From the sequence record DRR723986_7103: DNA of 37,075 bases; one strand, 5' to 3'. Below are positions 9,303 through 18,747 of the stretch, in pieces. The notes under the pieces were generated by a model. It searched no databases. It was not told the DNA's origin and saw only the letters and a list, made by a program, of their open reading frames with translations. The position numbers and the translations under genes were made by a program. How positions within the stretch are numbered: position 1 is the stretch's first letter; every line of letters starts with the position of its first letter.

Positions 9303-9716
9303 ATATAACAAAGGTTGCGCTACAAATCTACGCAATCGCCGCATTCCACGGTCTATCAATGCCGATGTTCTTGTGATTGGTTTGCCGGCAAGTTCTCTGC
9401 CGTCTTTAAATCCGCTCTTGTTAGTCGCTGTACCGGAAGCCTCAAATCACAGAGTTTGAAGCCTTTTTGCCGCAGGTCGTTGGGTGACATGTTTTTGAAT
9501 AGTTTTTGCGCCACGCAGCAGGAAAGCAGCTGAGTACTCTCTGTCTCCACGGCAGGCCGGCAGATGGGCAACTGCAGGCACAGTGACTAACATAAAACAA
9601 CAACCAGCCTGACAGAGGCAGGCGCAGTGCTCAAGCAGAACCGAGACCAAACCGCAGTGAAACAAGGGCAGGGCTCAAGGTGATCTGCTGCGCACCACGA
9701 GCCGAACACCTGTGAA

Positions 9717-12371
9717 TTAGGGCTGAACTAAAACTTTGTGGGTTGTGCTACCGCCGGGAGTTTGGAGGCGCAGAAAAAAGACACCTGTTGGAAGGGGGAG
9801 AGTGTTAATCTCCAGTTCCAGCGACATGGGAGTGTTAATCGTATAGGTCTTCTGGAAAAATTCAATTCCTGTTAAGTCGACCAGGCTAACCGCATAGTTG
9901 CCGGCAATGTCTGCATCAAACACCAGGCGTACCATTTCGACGCTTGGCGTGGGGAATATGCGTGACTGCATATCGGGCGTAACAATCGAAGAGGAGTCCT
10001 GCGGCGGGGCATCTGTTGTGAATGAACGCAAGTTGGCCGGAATTCGCTCGAAACTTAAACTGCGCGTTTCCACGTTCGGCTGCTGAGAGTACGCCACATT
10101 CGTCCACTGAGTGAACGCTACGAATTCACCTTTGGGGTCAATACTTAAACCGCTAACAAAAGGATGCAGGGCTCTCTGGGGTGAAAGTTTAAAGCTGCCT
10201 GCAATAGTATTGCTAACCATGTCGTACACTTGCAGCGGCTGCATCTCCAGATAGGTGGACTGACTGTTTGCTGTGTTTAACTGCTTGTACTCTTTGTATG
10301 TAGCCAAGTAGAGCGCTGAATGGTCGCCACTTAAATCGGCATCTGCAATCCATGCTCCCTGAATTGTCAGCGAGTCTTCAACGCGTGCACCGGCCAGGTC
10401 GATGACTTTAACTTCGTTGAAGATTGTGTCTATATACTCGCGCTTTGTTGTTCCAAGCGCGGCTTTGTACGAAAGGTTAAAATCCGTAGTCCTGTAGGTT
10501 TTAACACCGTTCGGGGAATTGGAATTGTCGTCAATATCGGAGTATACAATCAGCTTGCTGCGGTCCTGCGAAGTTCGGACGCGCAGCTGTTTTTTGTCGC
10601 CAAGTTCAAATGTTAAGCTCAGTCGCAGCGTTTGGTCTGCAAGGTTAAACAAGTGCAACCTGTCATTTTTCCCCTCAAAAAGCAGGTGGCCTGAGAGTGA
10701 AACGGGAATTAACCTGGAGTTAATTAGGGCGGAGTCTTTTAGTTCAATGAAGTATTTAGACTCTTTGTTAAACTCTGGGTAGACTAATAGACTGTCGGCA
10801 GCGGTTCGGCCAACGATCGTATCTGCAAAACCGACAAATACCATGTTCTCGATATTGCTGATTTTTCTACTCAGGGTCAGGTTTTGTTGTTGTTCTGTTC
10901 CTTCATAAGTGCGCCAAACCTGGATTGGAATAGACTCGCGCGCAGATACGCGTTCGCCTTCCTGGCTGCCAATTGTCCATACATCGGCCCAGCGTGGAGA
11001 ACTGATAACCTCATAGTTCAATTCCGAATGTGTCCGCAGTGTTTTGGCGTCCCGCGTTGAGTTCTGTGCTACAATTTTGTCGCCGTCTTCTGTAAAAGTC
11101 AGTCGAGCTTCTGCGGGGTCAAGATTCCACATATATTCAATAATGTTGAAATAACCAATGCTGCTATAGTTCTGTGCGGTACGTAATATTCCTTTGTTTG
11201 TAATGGTTAGCAGACTGCTTCCATCCATGTAGTCGTGCAGTGCAGATAAATTGCCAATCTCGCGACCATCCAGGGCATAGACTTTTCGGCCGGGCCTTAA
11301 GCTGTCACCTTCTACGGTACATGTAAACATGTTTAAGATGTTATCATTGGTTATGCCGGGGTCAATCTGGTGAGTGTATCTGCGCATGATGACAATGAAC
11401 TCATCCGGATTATCCAAAAATCGTGCCTTGGAGAGATAGGTGTAGCTATACGTTCTGTTGGTACTGACATCGTCGTTTCTACGCAAGTTATATTCACTCA
11501 GAATTTCATCTTGTTCCCAATCGTAGACATAGACTACTTGTGTCTTATGATTCACCAGTAAGTATTCTTTGCGTGAATTTACGCTGTGCACAATCACACT
11601 TTTAGGGAAGTTAGGCCGTGGCGGCAGGGCTGTCTGTTCACCGCTGCTCAGATTGAACTCATAGAGAGTGTCGGCCAGCAATCTATTTTGGACCAGGGCT
11701 GTTGACTCGGACAAAAACAACAGGGGGTTGGTGTCTTCCGGCAGGGAAATCGTCGTTTGGCTTTTGAGGTCCAATATAAAGTTGTTGAATATGTTAACTG
11801 CGCCGTCATTGATGGAAATGCTGCTTTTAAGCGCGTAGTTTTGATCTGAGCTAAAAACAAACGATGCCGCATGATTTCCCGTATTATGCCTAATATTAAA
11901 ACTTCTACAGATTTCGCCGCTGAAGATGTTAATAAGGAAGTTCGAATTGAAGTCCGGTGAGGGGGCCGATACTGGACGCCCGTTGCCCGCTACCATCAAC
12001 AATGAATCATTTATGAAAAATAGCGGCTCGTGATAATAGTTGTGGAGTAATACGTTGATGACTGACTTTGTCTGCAAATCATAGACAAAGGTTGGGACGC
12101 GTGGATCTAAAAAGAAGATGTTGCGTTGTGTCTGGGATTGTGCAGCGCAATACCTGCCACTTGGTGAAAGGCAAAAATTGGGTGTGGCGCCCCCGCCCGG
12201 GTGATTTACGTTCGTAATCCGGCTGAGAGAAGGCATGTTCTGGGCAAACATTTCAGCCGGTAGCTGTGTCAGCAACAATAAGAACAGCAGAGCGCTGACT
12301 ATGCTGCGAAGGTATTGATTTGGTTCGCCGTCCAAATTTGAGGCCTGGGCCGTTGTGTTACTGTGTTGCAT
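9717..12371 (-). CDS. Large secreted beta-rich (propeller-like) protein with T9SS type A C-terminal sorting domain
   Basis: 884 aa; hydrophobic signal segment ending MFA-Q; blade-like motifs (LSPSGRY, FSSDQNY, FTEDGDK, IDPKGEF); C-terminus IFPTPS...VSLVDLTG...LPTGVFFLRL...KVLV. Confidence 0.78.
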   Translation of the reverse strand: MQHSNTTAQASNLDGEPNQYLRSIVSALLFLLLLTQLPAEMFAQNMPSLSRITNVNHPGGGATPNFCLSPSGRYCAAQSQTQRNIFFLDPRVPTFVYDLQTKSVINVLLHNYYHEPLFFINDSLLMVAGNGRPVSAPSPDFNSNFLINIFSGEICRSFNIRHNTGNHAASFVFSSDQNYALKSSISINDGAVNIFNNFILDLKSQTTISLPEDTNPLLFLSESTALVQNRLLADTLYEFNLSSGEQTALPPRPNFPKSVIVHSVNSRKEYLLVNHKTQVVYVYDWEQDEILSEYNLRRNDDVSTNRTYSYTYLSKARFLDNPDEFIVIMRRYTHQIDPGITNDNILNMFTCTVEGDSLRPGRKVYALDGREIGNLSALHDYMDGSSLLTITNKGILRTAQNYSSIGYFNIIEYMWNLDPAEARLTFTEDGDKIVAQNSTRDAKTLRTHSELNYEVISSPRWADVWTIGSQEGERVSARESIPIQVWRTYEGTEQQQNLTLSRKISNIENMVFVGFADTIVGRTAADSLLVYPEFNKESKYFIELKDSALINSRLIPVSLSGHLLFEGKNDRLHLFNLADQTLRLSLTFELGDKKQLRVRTSQDRSKLIVYSDIDDNSNSPNGVKTYRTTDFNLSYKAALGTTKREYIDTIFNEVKVIDLAGARVEDSLTIQGAWIADADLSGDHSALYLATYKEYKQLNTANSQSTYLEMQPLQVYDMVSNTIAGSFKLSPQRALHPFVSGLSIDPKGEFVAFTQWTNVAYSQQPNVETRSLSFERIPANLRSFTTDAPPQDSSSIVTPDMQSRIFPTPSVEMVRLVFDADIAGNYAVSLVDLTGIEFFQKTYTINTPMSLELEINTLPLPTGVFFLRLQTPGGSTTHKVLVQP

Positions 12372-12805
12372 CTCTTAGTCCATTACTTGCATCTCTAAAC
12401 TTGATCTGCCTGCTCGACACTACACTGCGCTTTGGATTGATCTTGAGGCAATCAAAAGCTTCTGAGCGGCATGTAAAACTACGCACTCTCTTGCGGTTTT
12501 AACTACGGCAAAAATACTGCATCCCAAATTGTAGTTCTAAGTGTCAGTCAAATTCTACAGAGGGTATTTATTTCTCCTGGGGAATTGAAGGCTTTTGAGA
12601 CTTGGGCTATCTGGGCCAGCTGGGCTTTTCTTGGGGGGGATTTGGGCCGGTGCACATAGATTCCCTGGTTTAGGGAGCTAGTCGAGTATGGGCACTAACA
12701 ACAAAAAAACAAAACTTCCAGGTGTGTTTCTGCGCGGTTCACTAAATAGTCGATGCCGGTGGCGTATGTTGGGGAAGTCTAATGCAGTGGTGTCGCTTGA
12801 TTCCC

Positions 12806-12832
12806 AGAGACAAACAAAGAGACAAACAAAGA
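12806..12832. repeat. 12-bp tandem duplication just downstream of smpB
   Basis: agagacaaacaa agagacaaacaa aga. Confidence 0.75.
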
Positions 12833-12852
12833 TTCGAACAAAAAAATTCTGC

Positions 12853-13338
12853 TCAGTCGTAGCGGCCCTGACGGAGTTTGCGATCTTCATCACGTTTTTT
12901 GAGTACGTCGCGTTTGTCCACAGCTTTTTTACCACGGACGATGCCAATTTCGACTTTTACGTAGGGACCGGAGAAATAGATTGAGAGTGGCACCAGGGTA
13001 AAGCCTTTTTCTTCTACGCGCCGTTTGATTTTGCCCAACTCTTGTTTTTTGAGCAGCAATTTGCGGCGGCGTTTGGCTTCGTGGTTCTCGTGTGTGCCGT
13101 GATCGTAGGGCGAAATGTGCAATCCCAGCAGCCACAGCTCCTGTGCGTCGCGCGGGCCCATAAAAGCGGCGTGGCTGTCCAGCATCTGCACTTTGCCGGC
13201 GCGCAGGGACTTGACTTCCGTGCCTTGCAGGGAAATTCCGGCTTCAATGCTGTCCACCACCTGAAAGTCGTGGCGCGCCTTGCGATTGTTGGCAACTGTT
13301 TTGTGTGGGCGCTGTTTGCGCTCTACGTGATCACTCAT
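12853..13338 (-). CDS. smpB: SsrA-binding protein
   Basis: NRKARHDF, EAGISLQGTEVKSLR, RKLLLKKQE, GKKAVDKR motifs. Confidence 0.97.
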   Translation of the reverse strand: MSDHVERKQRPHKTVANNRKARHDFQVVDSIEAGISLQGTEVKSLRAGKVQMLDSHAAFMGPRDAQELWLLGLHISPYDHGTHENHEAKRRRKLLLKKQELGKIKRRVEEKGFTLVPLSIYFSGPYVKVEIGIVRGKKAVDKRDVLKKRDEDRKLRQGRYD

Positions 13339-13588
13339 ACTGCAATTCGGAATAGACGTATATTATGTCATCAGGTGTGCGACAACAAGCCGCGCAATCG
13401 CCCGTCCACCATGAACGAGTCCGCAAACGTACCACAAACGACTCGTTTGATTTGTACGCCTCCCCCAGCCGGAATAGACCAAAAACAGCAATTCAAGTGA
13501 CGCCGCAATTGTGCCGGACTGTGATTCATAATGGCCGCATATAGACGGTTATTGTGCTTCCAGATTGCACATGGCTTTCAGATCCGCA

Positions 13589-13617
13589 TTGACTTTCAAG
13601 CGGGGTACTGTTATATT
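13589..13617 (+). promoter_or_regulatory. sigma70-type promoter for the secD-secF operon
   Basis: TTGACT (13589-94), 17-bp spacer, extended TG at 13609-10, TATATT (13612-17). Confidence 0.7.
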
Positions 13618-13679
13618 TGCGGTTCTGTTCTCTTTACTATTTTCAGAGCCTGTATTTCATTTTTTTAGGAGTGAATTCG

Positions 13680-15806
13680 TTGAAACAGGGTTCCATATCC
13701 AAGTGGCTCATTCTACTTGTACCGGTTTTGCTGGCGGTGTGGCAATTGTACCCCACCTATATGTTCCGCACATTAAAAGCGGAACGCGAAGCATTAATCG
13801 CAAACAGTGGCATCGACAGTGATGCGCTGAAACAGTGGGAAGAGACCAACGCCTTAGATTTTGCAGATTTTAAATCCAAGGCGCTCAAATTCGGTTTGGA
13901 CCTCGAAGGCGGCATGTACGTTACGATGGAAGTTGACCTCGTAAAAATGATCGAGCAAAATGCTGCTCGTGATGCCGTTGATGATGTCTTTAACCAAGTT
14001 ATTGAAGCTACAAAAGCGGACGTCGCTGAATCAAAACGCGATGCCGTTGAAGTATTTATCGAAAAATTTAACGAAATCGCGGTTCCGCAGCAGCGTGAAC
14101 TGTTCGACTACTTTGAGTTCGGTGACCTGGACCTCGTAGAGGAAGCACAGATTGCCGAGAAGCTCAGCTCGACCTCGGAAGAGGCGATCGAACAGGCGAT
14201 GCAGATCCTTGGCCAGCGTATCAACAAATACGCAGTCAGCGAGACATCGATTTCACAGCAGGGCACTGACCGTATCGTCATTGAAATCCCTGGCGTGACG
14301 AACGAAGCGGAAGTGCGTCAGCTACTCGACAAGCCTGCTAACTTGTCGTTTAACCTGATTCGTAATAACGCCGACGTCGTGTCTGCGTTTTATGACATCG
14401 ACCAGATTCTGAAGCAGCAAAACGAGCTGACCAGCACAACTGATACCCCAGCGGTAGAAGAAGAGCCTGCCGGCGAAGAAGCACCTGCAGAAGAAAGCAC
14501 GGAAGTAGCAGCTGAAGGCAGCGAAGCAATCGCAGCCACAGACTCAACTGTTGTAGACTCGAGCCTGGCCGAAAATCAGGAAGCTACATCTGAAGAGGAA
14601 GAGGCGACAGACCCCGAGAATCCTTATGAAGGATTGAGTGATGACGAAGCCCGCGCGAAATTTTCCGCTGACTTCCCATTCACCTCGATGTTCGCTTCCT
14701 ACTTCATCTCTCCTCAATCAGGTCAATACGAGCCGATCGGGTACTCACAACGCCAATTTCCATCAGGTGCATATTACTTCCAGATCAACGGAGACAGCCT
14801 TGCGCGCTTTCGTGAGATTATGGGACGCCCGGAAATTCGCAATCTGATTCCACCAGAGTATGACGTACTTGTCAGTGCAAATCCTGACCAGCGTTTGCTG
14901 CGTGCCGAAAACCTCGAATTCTTCGAAATCTGGTCGGTCAAAGCCGAACCGGAATTGACTGGTGACGTGGTTGTAGACGCTCAGCAGTCCTGGGATGAGA
15001 TGGGCAACCCAGAAGTCGCGATGACGATGGACTCCGAAGGCGCTGAGCGCTGGGGGAAAATCACGCAGGCCAACGTTGGCAAACGCGTCGCGATCGTTCT
15101 TGACAGTGCCGTCTATTCAGCACCAAATGTAAACGAACCGATTTTCGGTGGCCGCTCCAGTATCTCTGGTAGTGCCGACCGTGCCGAAGCCAAGATTCTT
15201 GCCATTATTCTCAAAGCCGGTGCTCTCAAAGCTCCGATTGAGATTGTGCAGGAGCGCGTGGTTGGTCCTTCACTCGGTGAAGACTCAATTGCCGCTGGTG
15301 TGAATGCCAGTCTGGCCGCTCTGATTCTGGTTCTGGTATTCATGATCATCTATTACGCTATGGCTGGTGCCGTAGCGAATTTGGCGGTCTTTTTCAACTT
15401 GCTGTTGATCTTAACATTGTTGGCGGGTTTCAAAGGAACTCTTACACTTCCAGGTATCGCCGGTTTGATTCTGACGATCGGTATGGCTGTGGATGCCAAC
15501 ATTCTGATTTTCGAGCGGATTCGCGAGGAATTGGCTTCAGGACGCGCATTGCGTTCAGCTGTTGATGAAGGTTTTGGAAAAGCCCTCAGCGCTATTCTTG
15601 ACTCGAATATCACGACGTTCATTACGGGTGTCATTCTCTTCTACATGGGTAGCGGCCCGATCCAGGGTTTTGCAGTCACGCTCATGATTGGTATTGCGAT
15701 GACGCTGTTTACAGCGATTGTCGTCACTCGTGCGGTTATCGAATTGTTCCTCATGCGCGGAGCCAATTCGTTTAATTTTGGTCAACCTAAAATCGCAGCA
15801 AGCTGA
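13680..15806 (+). CDS. secD: Protein translocase subunit SecD
   Basis: GLDLEGG, VGPSLG, LTLPGIAGLILTIGMAVDANILIFERIREE, DSNITT; TTG start at 13680 after AGGAG (track start 13617). Confidence 0.96.
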   Translation: MKQGSISKWLILLVPVLLAVWQLYPTYMFRTLKAEREALIANSGIDSDALKQWEETNALDFADFKSKALKFGLDLEGGMYVTMEVDLVKMIEQNAARDAVDDVFNQVIEATKADVAESKRDAVEVFIEKFNEIAVPQQRELFDYFEFGDLDLVEEAQIAEKLSSTSEEAIEQAMQILGQRINKYAVSETSISQQGTDRIVIEIPGVTNEAEVRQLLDKPANLSFNLIRNNADVVSAFYDIDQILKQQNELTSTTDTPAVEEEPAGEEAPAEESTEVAAEGSEAIAATDSTVVDSSLAENQEATSEEEEATDPENPYEGLSDDEARAKFSADFPFTSMFASYFISPQSGQYEPIGYSQRQFPSGAYYFQINGDSLARFREIMGRPEIRNLIPPEYDVLVSANPDQRLLRAENLEFFEIWSVKAEPELTGDVVVDAQQSWDEMGNPEVAMTMDSEGAERWGKITQANVGKRVAIVLDSAVYSAPNVNEPIFGGRSSISGSADRAEAKILAIILKAGALKAPIEIVQERVVGPSLGEDSIAAGVNASLAALILVLVFMIIYYAMAGAVANLAVFFNLLLILTLLAGFKGTLTLPGIAGLILTIGMAVDANILIFERIREELASGRALRSAVDEGFGKALSAILDSNITTFITGVILFYMGSGPIQGFAVTLMIGIAMTLFTAIVVTRAVIELFLMRGANSFNFGQPKIAAS

Positions 15807-15827
15807 TAAGCTGGAGTATCGAAACGG

Positions 15828-16820
15828 ATGCAGTTTTTTAATAATACACGTATAGACTTCCTGAGCCAGAGGAAGACCTTCTTCTTCGTATCCTTCGTGA
15901 TGGTGGTTGGTGGACTGATCGCCAGCCTGATCGTAGGACCAGATTTGGGTATTGACTTTACTGGTGGTACGGAAGTCGTAGTTCGATTTGAAGAGCAGCG
16001 CAGCGTGGACGAATTACGTTCATCGCTTACCGACGCTGGAATCGGAGGGTTTGAGCTCAAATCCTTTGAAGAAGACAATGAATTCTTGATTCGCGTTCAA
16101 CAATCGCGTGCTGAGTCTGGCGGTGAAAACAAACTGGTCTCAGAGGTGGTCGTTGAAGAGCTTCGTAAATCCTTTGGTGGAGCCAATCCCGAAGTCGCTG
16201 TGGAAGTCCGCAGTGTGGAGACGATTGGACCCACGGTTGGTGAAGAGCTCAAAGTCGACGCATCGATTGCCGTGGTACTTTCCGTACTTGCAATCCTCTT
16301 GTACGTCGCCTTCCGCTTTGAATTTGTATTTGCACTTGGCGCTGTTGTAGCCCTGTTACACGACGTTTGTATTGCCTTCGTTTTGGCAACCCTGATGAAC
16401 AAAGCCGGCATCATCAACCTGGAAATCAACCAGTCGCTGATCGCCGCTTTCCTGACGGTTCTTGGTTTCTCGATCAACAACACGGTGATTATTTTTGACC
16501 GTATTCGTGAAAATCGCGACGTACACAAAAATATGTCATTCGTGCCACTGGTGAATCGCAGTATCAACGACACGCTTAGCCGTACAGTCAACACCTTCCT
16601 CACAACAGCCCTGGCTTTGTTGACGATCGTGTTGTTCGGTGGCCCCGTACTGCAAGGTTTTGCCTTCACTATGTTGGTCGGTTTTGTGGCCGGTACGTAC
16701 TCCTCGATTTACATCTCGAGTAGTTTCGTAGTTTGGTACCTCGAAAACGTCAAGAAACAAAACGTCCACGGCAGCTCGGAAAAAGTCAAAACCCAATCCG
16801 CAAAAATGGCGCGCGCTTAA
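15828..16820 (+). CDS. secF: Protein translocase subunit SecF
   Basis: GIDFTGG, IGPTVGEEL, GFSINNTVIIFDRIREN, TLSRT, GTYSSIY; GGAG RBS. Confidence 0.96.
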   Translation: MQFFNNTRIDFLSQRKTFFFVSFVMVVGGLIASLIVGPDLGIDFTGGTEVVVRFEEQRSVDELRSSLTDAGIGGFELKSFEEDNEFLIRVQQSRAESGGENKLVSEVVVEELRKSFGGANPEVAVEVRSVETIGPTVGEELKVDASIAVVLSVLAILLYVAFRFEFVFALGAVVALLHDVCIAFVLATLMNKAGIINLEINQSLIAAFLTVLGFSINNTVIIFDRIRENRDVHKNMSFVPLVNRSINDTLSRTVNTFLTTALALLTIVLFGGPVLQGFAFTMLVGFVAGTYSSIYISSSFVVWYLENVKKQNVHGSSEKVKTQSAKMARA

Positions 16821-16861
16821 GCGCTCCATTCTTTGCCGCATTATTCCCCTGAGGTTTGGTC

Positions 16862-17203
16862 GTGCAATTTTTAGTAGACGACGCAAATTCATCGAATGCA
16901 ACCGTCCAGTTGGATTCACAGATTTTTGGTGGTGTCCAGGCTGTTGAATTCAGCGAAAAAGTGACCCATTTCTGTGAGTCGGGTGGCCGTTGCCTGGTTG
17001 TAGACCTTGGCGAAGTGCGTTTGATGAACAGCTCCGGACTTGGAATGCTCGTCAGTGCTATGACGGCCATTCGCAAGTATGGTGGAACAATGCGCTTGGC
17101 AAGACTGCCGCAAAAGGTATCCGAGCTACTCGAAATGACGCGGCTTGATACGATCTTTGACGTCTACCCGACAGTTGAAGAAGCGCAGCAAGCCTGCAGC
17201 TAA
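16862..17203 (+). CDS. STAS-domain anti-sigma-factor antagonist (RsbV/SpoIIAA-like)
   Basis: LVVDLGEVRLMNSSGLGMLV and LLEMTRLDTIFDVYPTVEEA; GTG at 16862 after GAGG (track start 16856). Confidence 0.88.
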   Translation: MQFLVDDANSSNATVQLDSQIFGGVQAVEFSEKVTHFCESGGRCLVVDLGEVRLMNSSGLGMLVSAMTAIRKYGGTMRLARLPQKVSELLEMTRLDTIFDVYPTVEEAQQACS

Positions 17204-17313
17204 CCTTTAGCGTAAAATCGAAGCAAACCACGAATGGCGTGAACACTCTGTGTTCGCGCCCTTCTTTTGTTTAGACTTCTGTAGCGCCGCTCAGACGGCC
17301 GGATCCAGATCCT

Positions 17314-18594
17314 ATGAGTGTTACCATCCTTATCGGGACGCAGTGGGGCGACGAAGGCAAAGGCAAAGTCGTTGACCTGCTCAGTGAACGCGTTGATATC
17401 GTTGCACGCTACCAGGGAGGCGCCAACGCAGGCCATACAATCGTCATCGATGGCAAACAGCATGTTCTACACCTGATACCTTCCGGCATTTTTACCGATG
17501 GTGTCCAGTGTGTGATCGGTAACGGGACGGTAATCGACCCGCTCTCCCTGCTCAAAGAAATTGACATGCTGCAGGCAATTGGTATCGACATCAGTGGGCG
17601 ACTGTTTATCAGTCACCGAGCACACCTGATTATGCCGTACCACAAATTGCTCGATGAGGCCAGCGAAAAACGCCGAACCACGCAGGGCAAATCTATCGGA
17701 ACCACCGGCAGAGGCATTGGCCCCGCGTATATCGATAAGTATAATCGCCGCGGAATCCGCATAGTCGATCTGCTGGACAAAGCCGTCTTTGAAGAAAAGC
17801 TACGCTCAAACCTGCGCGTACACAACGACGTGCTCGAAAAAATCTATGACCTCGACGCATTAAAAGTTGGGGATATCATGGAGCAATACCTCACATTTGA
17901 CGCGCGGATTGACCCGCACGTCACCGACACCTCCGCACTTCTTAATGAAGCTGTCAAAAACGGTAAAAAAGTGCTTGCTGAAGGTGCCCAGGGTGTTTTG
18001 CTGGACGTGGATCACGGAACCTATCCATACGTCACGAGCAGCAACCCTACAAGCGGTGGCGCCTGCTCCGGCCTCGGCATTCCTCCCACGGCCGTCAACT
18101 CCATCTGGGGAGTTGTTAAAGCGTACACAACGCGCGTCGGCAACGGTCCATTCCCGACCGAACTGAACGATGCAACCGGTGAACAACTGCAAAAGGCCGG
18201 CAATGAGTTTGGGACGACCACAGGACGTTCACGCCGCTGTGGCTGGCTCGATCTGGTGGCACTGCGCTATTCCGTGCAGTTAAATGGCATCGACGCCCTC
18301 GCACTTACCAAGCTGGACGTACTCGATGGATTTGCCGAAATCAAACTCTGCACGCGTTACATGCGCGACGGCAAAGTCCTCAAGCATTTTCCTGCGGAAG
18401 TCAGTTATCTCAACAATCCTGAGTGTGAGTACGAAAGTTTTGCAGGCTGGGAGCAGTCATTGGCAGGCATCGCAAGTTTTGACGACCTTCCCGAAGCTGC
18501 CAAAGTCTATATTCGCCGCATCGAAGAGTTCTGTGGTGTACCGGTCAAACTGATTTCGATGGGGCCGGACAGGCGCCAGACAATCATGTGCTGA
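17314..18594 (+). CDS. purA: Adenylosuccinate synthetase
   Basis: QWGDEGKGK, GGANAGHT, GTTGRGIGPAY, GTYPYVTSS, GTTTGRSRRCGW, TKLDVL. Confidence 0.98.
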   Translation: MSVTILIGTQWGDEGKGKVVDLLSERVDIVARYQGGANAGHTIVIDGKQHVLHLIPSGIFTDGVQCVIGNGTVIDPLSLLKEIDMLQAIGIDISGRLFISHRAHLIMPYHKLLDEASEKRRTTQGKSIGTTGRGIGPAYIDKYNRRGIRIVDLLDKAVFEEKLRSNLRVHNDVLEKIYDLDALKVGDIMEQYLTFDARIDPHVTDTSALLNEAVKNGKKVLAEGAQGVLLDVDHGTYPYVTSSNPTSGGACSGLGIPPTAVNSIWGVVKAYTTRVGNGPFPTELNDATGEQLQKAGNEFGTTTGRSRRCGWLDLVALRYSVQLNGIDALALTKLDVLDGFAEIKLCTRYMRDGKVLKHFPAEVSYLNNPECEYESFAGWEQSLAGIASFDDLPEAAKVYIRRIEEFCGVPVKLISMGPDRRQTIMC

Positions 18595-18650
18595 TCGCTC
18601 CGGTCTTCTCCTGATTGGCAGCAGTTTTGTGCCGCAAGTTTTAATACTAC

Positions 18651-18687
18651 AAGAGCCGCCTGGTTTTATCCATGCGGCTCTTTTTTT
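18651..18687 (+). terminator. Intrinsic terminator after purA
   Basis: aagagccgc...gcggctctt stem followed by a T tract. Confidence 0.8.
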
Positions 18688-18747
18688 AAATCCGTTTTTG
18701 TTAGTCACGTAGACACAAGCGTCAAGCCCGTCAGCCTTGGATGCTTT

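Noticed and set aside
9289-9716. T-box riboswitch upstream of tyrS
   Set aside because: No GGTGGNACCGCG T-box motif or terminator/antiterminator pair seen on the minus strand
12372-12852. tmRNA (ssrA) next to smpB
   Set aside because: No tRNA-Ala-like 5' and 3' ends or T-arm/CCA pattern found
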